The notes below the pieces were generated by a model. It saw nothing but the letters and a program-made list of their open reading frames with translations. It did not search any database and was not told the DNA's origin. From Syntrophales bacterium (GTDB lineage Bacteria; Desulfobacterota; Syntrophia; Syntrophales; PHBD01), in contig OY764159.1 in NCBI GenBank assembly GCA_963668175.1, positions 4,192,001-4,256,000 of the forward strand: DNA of 64,000 bases, given 5' to 3'. The position numbers and the translations under genes are program-made. Below, piece after piece: positions 1 through 9,549 of the stretch (the stretch's first letter is position 1; each line of letters opens with the position of its first letter).

Positions 1-129
1 TTCCGTGCAGACGGTGGAATCGCCGCCGACACTGCCGTTGTTGATCCAGTCTCCGGATTTCACCATGTCGGCAATCTGTTCGGCTGTTCTCTTCTTGTCA
101 CGAATTTTCTGTTGAATAGGTGTCGTCAT
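1..129 (-). CDS. Acetyl-CoA hydrolase/CoA-transferase family protein, N-terminal part (runs off window edge)
   Basis: Not in ORF track. ATG at 129 with SD AAGGAGG upstream; translates MTTPIQQKIRDKKRTAEQIADMVKSGDWINNGSVGGD..., resembling the K..TAEEA...VKSGDW N-terminus of family I CoA-transferases. Confidence 0.7.
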   Translation of the reverse strand, partial: MTTPIQQKIRDKKRTAEQIADMVKSGDWINNGSVGGDSTVCTE

Positions 130-438
130 TTTGCTTCCCTCCTTAAAGTAATGGATTTACCATGCCGTTAACCGCAAGAAGCCGGTTTTCTGCGACTGCA
201 ACAGAAACCTTGCAGCCGTCGCCGACATGACTGCCGGCGAATGCAAATCACTCTTTATCCGCACGAGCAGCGAAGAGGGCAATACGAGCATTTTTACCAG
301 CACCACATCAAATGTAGAGTCCGCACCATTTTTGTTGTTGAAAGGTCTAAAACATTTAACCCGTCTGCAAATTCGGGACTTCGAGATTGTGGATTGTCTA
401 CGCGTCAGATTGCTCTTTGAGATCCAAAACCGGGGAAT

Positions 439-474
439 AAAAAAAGGGCAGGCCGTGTCTAGAACCTGCCCTTT
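439..474 (-). terminator. Intrinsic terminator downstream of the acetate transporter gene
   Basis: Stem aaagggcagg(443-452)/cctgcccttt(465-474), followed by a T-run on the minus strand. Confidence 0.8.
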
Positions 475-510
475 CGTCTATGAATCGTATTATGTTTGTT
501 GGGCAGACCG

Positions 511-1242
511 CTATTTCACCAGAGGTTTGGGAACGAAGAATACCGGTTTGCCGTAAATGGTATTGCACACCGTTGCACCGGACAGATAGACGCCGATGAA
601 GCCGGAGACGATCAGCAGGTAGCCGATAATCGCTTTTGTCTGCTTGACATCGCCTATCGAGAACCAGCCCGTGTCGCAACCGACGATGAGCCAGAGAACG
701 ACATCGATGCAGAGGACCAGGATGAAGATGAACAGGTTACCCTTGGCGTAGCCCGGGGTTACGACGGTCAGGAAGCATGCGCCGGCCATCCAGCACCACC
801 CCTCGACATAGACCGCTTTTTGCAGCATGGCGCCGACGGCAGGGCCGACACCGGCCATGGCCGCTTTAATCTGATCGGGCGTCAGCATGTCCACTTTGAC
901 ATTCGCAGCGGCAGCAGCGGCATCCAAGGCGGCCTTGGCCGCTTTGGGCGAAAACACGAAAGATACCTGATACCATTTGGCAAAAACGCTAAGCGCAGCG
1001 CCCAACATAAAGAAAGCAGAGAAGAAAAGAAAGACGTTACCGCCGAGGATGTTATGATCTTTTAATTCCATCACGGCAGTCGTGTACTGAACCATTGCGC
1101 CGCCTATCAACCAGGCAGCGAGAATGGGAAGACCGGAAAGATCAACTTTGCCAAGAAATACGGCACCAAAACCGAAACAGGCAACCGCCAAAGCCGCCAA
1201 TCCGGCGGGACCGGGTGTTGCAAAGCTATGCTCTTGTGACAT
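511..1242 (-). CDS. Acetate uptake transporter (AceTr / SatP / GPR1-FUN34-YaaH family)
   Basis: Start reassigned to MSQEHS (AGGAGG SD). N-terminal FATPGPAGL resembles the ANPAPLGL family motif; about 6 TM helices; lies beside a CoA-transferase. Confidence 0.8.
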   Translation of the reverse strand: MSQEHSFATPGPAGLAALAVACFGFGAVFLGKVDLSGLPILAAWLIGGAMVQYTTAVMELKDHNILGGNVFLFFSAFFMLGAALSVFAKWYQVSFVFSPKAAKAALDAAAAAANVKVDMLTPDQIKAAMAGVGPAVGAMLQKAVYVEGWCWMAGACFLTVVTPGYAKGNLFIFILVLCIDVVLWLIVGCDTGWFSIGDVKQTKAIIGYLLIVSGFIGVYLSGATVCNTIYGKPVFFVPKPLVK

Positions 1243-1753
1243 AAAAAATCCTCCTTTTTTTATTTTTTTTACCGAAATATAACGTGCATTACTGAACAAA
1301 ACGAACTGCCACACCACGGCGTCTTGCAGTTCATGCCGACTTGCATCCCTCCTTTCATTATGGATTTTTCGATTCAGTAAAAAAACACAAGAGGCCTGAA
1401 GTGCCTGCGAAACCACACCACCAGGGTCTTTTAGAATCAACCCCATCAACAAGCAAGACTTCAAGGATATGCAACGACCTCTATCATATGGCAATATGCT
1501 TTGCAAGCCTAAAAGTGAATGTATAGCTTTTTTTGACATATGAAAACGTTTCATTTTTTCTTTTCAGGGCTTATCGAACAGCTATCGCGATTCGTACGCA
1601 TGCGTCGCTTTTTGAGAACTGCTTTATGGTTATACAGGGTGTTGTCCTCAAGGGGCGTTATGCAGATCATTGACAGGCTTATTCTCCTCTGTTATGGTTC
1701 GGCAAATCTTTCAGATATCAAATCACAGCAAACTTAAAGCGACGATGTGCCCC

Positions 1754-2680
1754 ATGCGAAAAACACAGAAGCAAGCTTATGGCTATGCTTTAACGGCGAT
1801 TTTTCTCTGGTCCACTGTTGCCTCGGCCTTCAAGATCACGCTTCGTCACGCATCCTTTCTACAAATGCTCTTCTGGTCATCCTTCGTTGCAGCGGTCACT
1901 CTCGGGATCATTTCCGTTTCACGGAATAAACTCCCTCAGATAAGACATATGTCGCTTGGCGATTGGGGCCGCTCCGCCCTGCTGGGTTTCTTAAACCCCT
2001 TTCTCTACTATCTTATTCTCTTTAAAGCCTACGACCTGCTGCCCGCCCAGGAGGCCCAGGCCCTCAACTACGCCTGGCCGATTATGCTCGTTCTCATGTC
2101 CATATTTTTCCTGAAACAGAGGATCGGCTGCTTGAGCATATTGGCTATTCTGATCAGCTTTTCCGGAATATGGGTGATTTCGACCCGGGGAGACATACTC
2201 GGCCTGCACTTCGCCAATCCGCTGGGCGCTTTGCTTGCATTGTCGAGTTCAATCATCTGGGCATCCTTCTGGATCATGAACATCAGGGACCGGAGGGACG
2301 AAGTCGTGAAGCTCTTTCTCAGCTTCAGCTTCGGTTTTTTATACACCCTGATTTATACCCTGTCTTTTTCGGATTTTCGCGTGCCACCCGTCGTCGGTCT
2401 TGTAGGCGCCGCGTATGCGGGACTATTCGAAATGGGCATCACCTTTTTACTCTGGCTGAAGGCCCTGTCTCTTTCAGAAACAACAGCCCATGTGGGCAGC
2501 ATGGTTTTTCTATCCCCCTTTTTCTCTCTCATCATCATCCATCTGGCGGTAGGGGAAACGATTCTGCCTTCAACGATTGCCGGATTGGTCATGATCGTCT
2601 GCGGCGTCGTGATGCAGCAGTATGCCTCCCCCGTCTCGGACAGGGAACAAACACCATGCAATGCAAGTCCGGACGCTTGA
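1754..2680 (+). CDS. DMT/EamA family transporter
   Basis: About 10 TM helices in two repeats, with typical ALNYAWP and FLSPFFS segments; start uncertain (1745 or 1754). Confidence 0.85.
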   Translation: MRKTQKQAYGYALTAIFLWSTVASAFKITLRHASFLQMLFWSSFVAAVTLGIISVSRNKLPQIRHMSLGDWGRSALLGFLNPFLYYLILFKAYDLLPAQEAQALNYAWPIMLVLMSIFFLKQRIGCLSILAILISFSGIWVISTRGDILGLHFANPLGALLALSSSIIWASFWIMNIRDRRDEVVKLFLSFSFGFLYTLIYTLSFSDFRVPPVVGLVGAAYAGLFEMGITFLLWLKALSLSETTAHVGSMVFLSPFFSLIIIHLAVGETILPSTIAGLVMIVCGVVMQQYASPVSDREQTPCNASPDA

Positions 2681-2827
2681 CGGGGAAATGTCTTTACAAT
2701 ATCCCGCAATCGCGGTATAGCAAAAGCATATTGAAATCATTCCCAATTCGCCAGGACATGGCCTGAGTCGTCCAACACGTTTTGGAATCGATGGATCTTA
2801 TCATGATCGTAAGAGGAGCATAAAACA

Positions 2828-3898
2828 GTGGCAGAGTCGGACCAGCGGAAAACGAGAGTCGGCATTATCATGGGCGGGGTCTCTTCAGAGAAAGAGGTGT
2901 CTTTGGAAAGCGGCAGGAACATCTTCAGCAAAATTGACCGCAAGAAATACGAGCCTCTCGCAATCTTCATGGACAGCGGTGCCGCTTTCTGGGAAATATC
3001 TATAAAACTGCTGATGAGAAACAGCACCAGGGATATCGAAGAAGACCTGAAAGAAGAAGCGAAGCCCGTACCTTACGAGACGCTCAGATCGAAAGTGGAC
3101 GTTGTCTGCCTCGGATTGCACGGGAAATATGGTGAAGACGGGTGCATGCAGGGCCTTCTCGAACTGTTGGGCATTCCCTACACCGGTTCGGGCGTCCTCT
3201 CTTCGGCCCTCGGCATGGATAAGAATATCAGCAGACAGTTTCTGTCCATGGCCGGCATCGATGTGCCCCGGACTATTCCTGTTCTCGCCGCCAGTTGGAA
3301 TGACGAGCGAAACCGCGGTGATCTTATCGACCGCATCACGGCCGAGATCGGATACCCCTGCATCGTCAAGCCCACAAGGGAGGGTTGCAGCACCGCCGTC
3401 AAGAAAGTTGTCTCAGCCGAAGGAATCCCCGCGGCCTTAAACGCGGCTTTTTCCTGGGACAGTGTCTCGCTTGTCGAAGAGTTCATCGACGGAACGGAGG
3501 TCACCTGCGGCGTTGTCGGAAACGAAGACCCCGTTGCCCTGACGCCGTCGGAAACCATTCCCACCGACGACATCCTTTCCCTTGAAGACAAGTTTCTTTA
3601 TGGTCAGGGCGAGAACAAGACACCTGCCAGATTGCCGGAAGAAACCCTAAAAAGAATTCAGGATACGGCGATTCGTACGTTCAGGGCTCTGGATCTCAGA
3701 GGCTACAGCCGCATCGATATGTTTCTGAGAAAAGACGGAAGGGTGGCCGTCCTGGAGCCCAATACTCTGCCCGGCATGACCCCGTCGACAGTCCTGTTTC
3801 ATCAGGCCGCCGCTTCCGGAATCACACAGACCGATCTGATCGACCGCATCATCCAGTTCGCCATCGAAGCCCACTCTCGAAAAAAAGGTCCCCTGTAA
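2828..3898 (+). CDS. ddl: D-alanine--D-alanine ligase family protein
   Basis: GGxSxExEVSLxSG, LHGKYGEDG, GIPYTGSG, MDK, YPCIVKP and EPNTLPGMT motifs. Confidence 0.88.
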   Translation: MAESDQRKTRVGIIMGGVSSEKEVSLESGRNIFSKIDRKKYEPLAIFMDSGAAFWEISIKLLMRNSTRDIEEDLKEEAKPVPYETLRSKVDVVCLGLHGKYGEDGCMQGLLELLGIPYTGSGVLSSALGMDKNISRQFLSMAGIDVPRTIPVLAASWNDERNRGDLIDRITAEIGYPCIVKPTREGCSTAVKKVVSAEGIPAALNAAFSWDSVSLVEEFIDGTEVTCGVVGNEDPVALTPSETIPTDDILSLEDKFLYGQGENKTPARLPEETLKRIQDTAIRTFRALDLRGYSRIDMFLRKDGRVAVLEPNTLPGMTPSTVLFHQAAASGITQTDLIDRIIQFAIEAHSRKKGPL

Positions 3899-4193
3899 GG
3901 CGATAAAACCGGATTTTCGACATTTGCCGCAACCAGGAAGGGCATCGCCGGAGAGTATGGCAAGTCATGCGAAGCAACCGGCGAATCGGCCTGAAGTCAT
4001 CGATATTAAAGAGAATATCGGTTGCTTTCTTTTGAACCGGTCTTTATGTGCATGTATCGACGCCGATGTTGAAGATCCCTTCGAATGAAAAACGCTTCTA
4101 TGACGGGGATTTGAGACCTGCTATGTCGACAGGCTGCCGACCTTCGGGAACGATCATAAACTAAGTGCATATTATCAATGCTTTAATATCCAC

Positions 4194-4221
4194 TTGACAG
4201 AAGGTGATTCGTCCTTATATT
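4194..4221 (+). promoter_or_regulatory. Sigma-70-like promoter
   Basis: TTGACA(4194-4199)-16 bp-TATATT(4216-4221) upstream of the ATG at 4259. Confidence 0.5.
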
Positions 4222-4258
4222 AAAAAAAATTTGGTAATGGGTATTAAGGATATCTGTC

Positions 4259-4783
4259 ATGGGTCGCTTTTTCAGTCCATCTCAGAAGTCTGTTGCCAAG
4301 GAGTCATTTGCGCTGGCGGAAAGACTGGCGGGTCAGTTCTTCCGTTTGAGCAATGCATCTTTGAAATCCCACAGGTACGATATCCGTACCCTGGCTTATC
4401 TGGAAAAGCATGAGGTCAGCGAAAAGGCATTTGCGCATTTGTGCAAGTATCAATACCGGAAGGAGGATGCGGGTGATGTCGGTTTTCACTTCTATCGTAT
4501 CTGCCTTCAGGATAATTGCATTCTCGATGCCATCGATCGGGCCGGTTCTTTCATCAAGTTGTCCCCCTTGATGCTTTACATAGCGGCGCACGAACTGACC
4601 CATGTCATCCGTTTCGACAACGGGTTGGCCGACTTCAACGCCCCCTCAGATGTAAAAGAGGAGGAAGAAGAACGGGTGAACAGGATTACGAAGGAGATGC
4701 TTAAAGGCGTCCGGTATCCGGATATGAACATCGTCTTCGAATGCTTCAGCAAAGACTACCAGATTGGTGATACCTATAATTGA
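4259..4783 (+). CDS. Hypothetical protein with HExxH zinc-metallopeptidase-like motif
   Basis: [11 protein letters not shown] motif with a downstream Glu-rich helix; aagga SD. Confidence 0.65.
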   Translation: MGRFFSPSQKSVAKESFALAERLAGQFFRLSNASLKSHRYDIRTLAYLEKHEVSEKAFAHLCKYQYRKEDAGDVGFHFYRICLQDNCILDAIDRAGSFIKLSPLMLYIAAHELTHVIRFDNGLADFNAPSDVKEEEEERVNRITKEMLKGVRYPDMNIVFECFSKDYQIGDTYN

Positions 4784-4805
4784 TCAATGTTGGAGGTGTG
4801 TTAGG

Positions 4806-5090
4806 ATGCCGATTTATGAGTATAAATGTCGAAAATGTGGTAAAGAATATGAAATGTTTCAGGGTATAACGGAGCCTGCCGCCACGACCTGCAAATATTG
4901 CAAAGGGGCCGTAACGAAACTCATTTCCCGCTCATCCTTTCACTTGAAGGGAAGCGGATGGTACGTAACGGACTACGGAGGAAAGAAGCCGTCGGCGAGC
5001 AGTGAATCGAGCGCTTCTGAATCCTCTTCGTCGTCCTCGTCTGATTCGGAAAACAGCACGGCATCTTCCGGTACCAAGACTGAGGAATAA
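4806..5090 (+). CDS. FmdB family zinc-ribbon protein with Ser-rich tail
   Basis: [12 protein letters not shown]...CKYC...[21 protein letters not shown]. Confidence 0.9.
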   Translation: MPIYEYKCRKCGKEYEMFQGITEPAATTCKYCKGAVTKLISRSSFHLKGSGWYVTDYGGKKPSASSESSASESSSSSSSDSENSTASSGTKTEE

Positions 5091-5112
5091 AAAGAGCGGA
5101 TTAGACAGATGG

Positions 5113-5149
5113 AAGGGTGGCCAGTCCGTAAAGGAGGCTGCCCTTTTTT
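5113..5149 (+). terminator. Intrinsic terminator
   Basis: aagggtggcc...ggctgccctt followed by a T-run. Confidence 0.65.
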
Positions 5150-5241
5150 ACGAACGGCATTTGCGCCGCAATAAGGATTTTCAGCCAGGCCGGCATGACA
5201 TCTCAGACTCACCCGCAATCACAGGGGAAAGCAGGTTTTCC

Positions 5242-6240
5242 ATGAACATACGGCGTTCGCATATGGTTTTAAAGCCATCCTTCGTTCTCGCTTTCGGGTT
5301 GATCCTCCTTGCCTCTTTGAGTTTATCGTCCTGTCAAAAGACTCAGGAAAAATCTCCGGCGGGAGGCAACATCAGAATCATCACCACGCTTTTTCCGCTC
5401 TACGATTTCACCCGATCGATCGGAAAAGATAAGGTGGAAGTCACCCTGCTTTTGCCGCCGGGGGTGGAAGCCCATGCCTTTGAGCCGAAACCCGCCGATA
5501 TTGCGAGGATTCACGACGCAGACCTCTTCATTTACACGGGCGACGCTATGGAGCCATGGGTGGCGAAAATCCTCAAGGGCGTACAATCCCCCAGGCTCTC
5601 CGTTGTCGATTCGAGCAAAGGAATCCCCATGGTCAAAGCAGGAACGGCATCGGAAGAAGAACCCGGGCATGACGGTCATGATCATGGCGGCCTGGACCCC
5701 CATATTTGGCTGGATTTTGACAATGCCGCGAAAATGATCGATACCGTAACCGCCGGCTTGATCGCCAAAGACACGCCCAACCGGGATTTCTATCTTAAAA
5801 ATGCCCGGGAATACCAGGAGCAACTAAAGGCACTGGACAACCGATACCGGACAGCGCTCGCCACCTGTAAGAAAAACGTAATCGTTTATGCGGGGCATGC
5901 TTCTGTAGGTTACCTCATGAGGCGGTACCATATCCAATTCGCAACGGCCTACAAAGGTTTCAGCCCCGATACGGAACCGACGCCGCGGGATCTTGCGAAA
6001 ATGGTGAATATTATCAAAAAGAACGGCCTGCGTTACATTTACTATGAAGAACTCATCTCGCCCAAAATCGCGCGTATTATTTCCGGAGAAACCGGTGCCG
6101 AGATGCTGCTTTTAAATGGCGCCCACAATATCTCCAAGCAGGAGTACGACAGCGGGGTGTCCTACCTGGGACTGATGGACGCGAACCTGAAAAACTTAAT
6201 CAAAGGAATGGAATGCCGCCCACAAACATCATCTCCGTAA
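5242..6240 (+). CDS. znuA: Zn/Mn ABC transporter substrate-binding lipoprotein (ZnuA/AdcA-like)
   Basis: Lipobox LSSC; EAHAFEP; His-rich loop HDGHDH; DPHIWLD. Start uncertain (5242 or 5263). Confidence 0.85.
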   Translation: MNIRRSHMVLKPSFVLAFGLILLASLSLSSCQKTQEKSPAGGNIRIITTLFPLYDFTRSIGKDKVEVTLLLPPGVEAHAFEPKPADIARIHDADLFIYTGDAMEPWVAKILKGVQSPRLSVVDSSKGIPMVKAGTASEEEPGHDGHDHGGLDPHIWLDFDNAAKMIDTVTAGLIAKDTPNRDFYLKNAREYQEQLKALDNRYRTALATCKKNVIVYAGHASVGYLMRRYHIQFATAYKGFSPDTEPTPRDLAKMVNIIKKNGLRYIYYEELISPKIARIISGETGAEMLLLNGAHNISKQEYDSGVSYLGLMDANLKNLIKGMECRPQTSSP

Positions 6241-6971
6241 ACAACCTGTCCTTTCGATACCAGGCAAGGGAAGTCCTGAACGGCATATCGTTTGACGTTG
6301 AGAAGAAAGATTACATCGGCCTGGTAGGACCGAACGGTTCGGGAAAGACGACCTTGGTCAAGATCATCCTTGGCCTTCTTATCCCCGGCGGCGGAAGTAT
6401 CAATCTGTTCGGCCAAGACATATCCTCTTTTCGTGACCACCGCAAAATCGGCTACCTTCCGCAAAAAGTGCCTGCCATGACGCCCCGTTTTCCCGCAACG
6501 GTGAAAGAGATCGTATCTTTGGGCATCCTGGTGGACAAAAAGTTCCCTAAATACATCTACAAATCCGATGAAAACAGGATAGATGAAGCCCTTGCACTGC
6601 TGGATATTCTGAATATCAAGGACCGCTTCATATCGGAGATCTCTGGCGGACAGCAGCAGAGGGTCCTTCTGGCCAGGGCCATCGTCAACAAACCGGAAGT
6701 CCTGATCCTGGATGAACCGACTGCGGCACTCGATCCGGAAGTGCGCGAACGTTTTTTCGCCGTACTCGATCACCTCAATAAGGATGAAGACATGACGATC
6801 CTGATCGTCACGCATGATATAGGCTCCATAGGGAAATATGCCTCAAAACTTCTTTACCTGGACAAGAGAATTGTTTTCTATGGAAGCTTCGGCGATTTCT
6901 GTCTGTCCGAGGATATTACGAACTTCTTTGGCGAATTCGCCCAACACATCATCTGCCACAGACATCATTGA
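6213..6971 (+). CDS. znuC: Zn/Mn ABC transporter ATP-binding protein
   Basis: GPNGSGKTT, ISGGQQQR, LILDEP; C-terminal HIICHRHH. Confidence 0.88.
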   Translation: MPPTNIISVNNLSFRYQAREVLNGISFDVEKKDYIGLVGPNGSGKTTLVKIILGLLIPGGGSINLFGQDISSFRDHRKIGYLPQKVPAMTPRFPATVKEIVSLGILVDKKFPKYIYKSDENRIDEALALLDILNIKDRFISEISGGQQQRVLLARAIVNKPEVLILDEPTAALDPEVRERFFAVLDHLNKDEDMTILIVTHDIGSIGKYASKLLYLDKRIVFYGSFGDFCLSEDITNFFGEFAQHIICHRHH

Positions 6972-6980
6972 GAATCGAAG

Positions 6981-7799
6981 ATGAATCTTATGGATATCCT
7001 TGAGTACGGCTTTATTCAGCGAGCCCTGATCGCCGGCTCCTTTATCGGCATGCTGTGCTCCTTGCTCGGCGTTTTCCTCGTACTCAGGAGACTTTCGCTG
7101 ATCGGCGACGGCCTTGCCCACGCCACGTTCGGCAGTGTCGCCCTTTCCCTGTTTCTGAATATGTCTGCTCTATGGATATCGCTGCCGATCGTCATGATGT
7201 GCGCCCTCGGCATTCTTCGCCTGACGGAGCGTTTCCGTTTGAACGGGGACGCAGCCATCGGGATGGTTTCATCTTTAGGCATCGCCGCCGGTATTCTCCT
7301 GTCCAGCATAGCCGGTGGATTTAATGTCGATCTTTTCAGTTTTCTGTTCGGCAGCATCCTTGCCATCAGCAACACGGAAGTCATCCTTTCCATCATCCTG
7401 TCGTTTCTTGTCTTGCTTATGGTATCTTTCTTTTACAACGATCTTCTTTCCATCACCTTTGACGAGGAGTCGGCCAAGGTCTCGGGCATCAATATCCAAC
7501 GATTGAATACGATATTCGTATTGATGACGGCCGTCACGGTTGTCCTGTCCATGAAGGTCGTCGGAATCATGCTGATATCGGCCTTGCTGATCCTGCCTCC
7601 GGTGACGGCATTGCAGGTTGCCGAGAGTTTTAAGGCCACTATTCTTGTAGCCTTGTTAGCCGCGGCGATATCCGTGATTTCAGGGATATTGGTTTCTTTC
7701 TATCTCGATCTACCGACCGGCGCCGTCATTGTCGCCGTCAACTTCGGACTGTTCCTTGTGGGGGCTTTATACAGGCGGGCAAAAAATCTCCGGGGCTGA
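6981..7799 (+). CDS. znuB: Zn/Mn ABC transporter permease
   Basis: LGVFLVLRRLSLIGDGLAH, FLFGSIL and VGIMLISALLILP motifs. Confidence 0.88.
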   Translation: MNLMDILEYGFIQRALIAGSFIGMLCSLLGVFLVLRRLSLIGDGLAHATFGSVALSLFLNMSALWISLPIVMMCALGILRLTERFRLNGDAAIGMVSSLGIAAGILLSSIAGGFNVDLFSFLFGSILAISNTEVILSIILSFLVLLMVSFFYNDLLSITFDEESAKVSGINIQRLNTIFVLMTAVTVVLSMKVVGIMLISALLILPPVTALQVAESFKATILVALLAAAISVISGILVSFYLDLPTGAVIVAVNFGLFLVGALYRRAKNLRG

Positions 7800-7927
7800 G
7801 GCAAAAACCCCGATGCTTGAATGGTGTGTCGATTCGGCGCTTATTATTTTTCAGTTCCCTCACATCATTTCGGTGAAAAAATCATCATGTAAGGGATCAT
7901 CGGTACTTTTTCGTATAATGGAAAATC

Positions 7928-8386
7928 CTATTTATATATGCCGCAGCCGATAAACCGGTCGCTGCCGGTTTTTAGAACATACGTCGCCTTGCCTTCTATT
8001 CTCTTCGTCGTCGGATTCGACCATTGATAATCCACCCATCCCTTTCCCTTCTTCCGGGCGACACTGATCATCTCTTGAATAAAGAATTTCCCCGCTGAAT
8101 CCTTCAATTGGCTCAAATCCCTGCCGATAAGCAACGGATCGTTACCGTGGGAAAGGCACCTCCCCGTCATATCAAATACAAAGACGTAAAGATCTTTGTT
8201 GAGATCCGTAAATCTCCCGTCTCTCTTGTTGAATTCGGCAAATGCCCTTGCTTCTCCTTTCTCTTTCATATAGGCAGCCGCTCTCTCCGCCAGGGCCATG
8301 GCTTCTTGGGGAGACGCTTTAGCGACAGCATGAACGAAACCGGCTGCTAAAATCAGAACCAGGCACGCCAGGAAATATCTCTTCAC
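7928..8386 (-). CDS. Secreted stand-alone single-Cache domain protein
   Basis: Signal peptide; DLYVFVFD, DSAGKFFIQE, GWVDYQW.NP and GCGIY sCache_2 motifs; no TM or output domain. Confidence 0.85.
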   Translation of the reverse strand: MKRYFLACLVLILAAGFVHAVAKASPQEAMALAERAAAYMKEKGEARAFAEFNKRDGRFTDLNKDLYVFVFDMTGRCLSHGNDPLLIGRDLSQLKDSAGKFFIQEMISVARKKGKGWVDYQWSNPTTKRIEGKATYVLKTGSDRFIGCGIYK

Positions 8387-8883
8387 GTCATGTTCTCCTT
8401 TCGATCAATGAATAGATCATTCATCCACAATGGACGCAGCCATTGTGCCCCCCTCTCGAAAGATGCCCCGTCATCGCATTCGCCTCCTGTGGCGAAATAC
8501 TCCAATCCTGCCTGTGAAGCTGCCCCGTCAATCAGGCCGGGTGTTTTATCGCGGAGAACGACGACACCCTCATACTGCGGGAAAGCTTTCAATGAGAATG
8601 ATTGGCTTATGCTGTGATGCTTTCTCATAGAAACTGCGGCAGGTCAAGGGATAATGCAGGACTGTCCGTATGGCCCGACATGGATATTCCCTCTCCCGCC
8701 GTGAAAATCGAATCCATGATTCGGCCCGGTAAATCTTAACCAAGAACCGAACGTCCGCAAGACATCACTGAATAGTTAAATACCATGAAAAAAGTATTGC
8801 AGGAAACGAAGGTAATCGTTAGGATATAAAAAGAATATGGGATGAACTGCCTGATCATTCGATAAAAGAAGAAAGGAGCATAT

Positions 8884-9477
8884 ATGGCCATACAATTACC
8901 CGTGTTACCTTTTGAAAAGGATGCGTTGGCACCTTATATCAGTGCCAATACCCTAGATTTTCATTATGGGAAACACCATAAAGCCTATGTTGACAATATC
9001 AACAACCTCATTTCCGGAACCGATCTCGAACAGGCGGATTTGGATACCATCATTAAGAAGACCGTTGGAGATACGGCCCGTGTCGGTTTTTTCAACAATG
9101 CAGCCCAAGTGTGGAATCACACCTTCTATTGGAAAAGCCTCAAACCTAATGGCGGAGGCGTTCCCAAAGGCCCTATTTTCGACAAGATTACAGCGACATG
9201 GGGCAGCTACGATAAATTCGTACAGGAATTGAAGACGGCAGGTACGACCCAGTTCGGCAGCGGCTGGGCCTGGCTCGTCATGGATAAGGGCGCACTTGTA
9301 ATCACGAAAACCGCCAACGCCGATACACCGTTCGCCCACGGCGTAAAGCCGCTCTTGACGATTGATGTCTGGGAACACGCTTATTATCTGGATTACCAGA
9401 ACCGCCGGCCCGATTATCTGACAGCCGTCATCGAGCATCTGATCAACTGGGATTTTGTTAACGAAAACATGAAATAA
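8884..9477 (+). CDS. sodB: Fe superoxide dismutase
   Basis: HYGKHH, AAQVWNH (Fe-type), FGSGWAWL, DVWEHAYY. Confidence 0.95.
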   Translation: MAIQLPVLPFEKDALAPYISANTLDFHYGKHHKAYVDNINNLISGTDLEQADLDTIIKKTVGDTARVGFFNNAAQVWNHTFYWKSLKPNGGGVPKGPIFDKITATWGSYDKFVQELKTAGTTQFGSGWAWLVMDKGALVITKTANADTPFAHGVKPLLTIDVWEHAYYLDYQNRRPDYLTAVIEHLINWDFVNENMK

Positions 9478-9549
9478 CTGTCGTCGATGGCTCGGGACTG
9501 CACGAACGGGACCCGGGCCATCGAACCCCTTACACCCATGCGGATTTCC

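Noticed and set aside
1243..1554. N-terminal extension of the transporter ORF in the track
   Set aside because: A strong SD precedes MSQEHS at 1242, and the extension is non-homologous, low-complexity sequence.
1540..1554. Palindrome ATGAAA-ACG-TTTCAT between divergent genes
   Set aside because: Single short AT-rich site with no cognate regulator evident.
3972..4028. Nested inverted repeats in the ddl downstream region
   Set aside because: No promoter/terminator framing and no recognisable RNA family.
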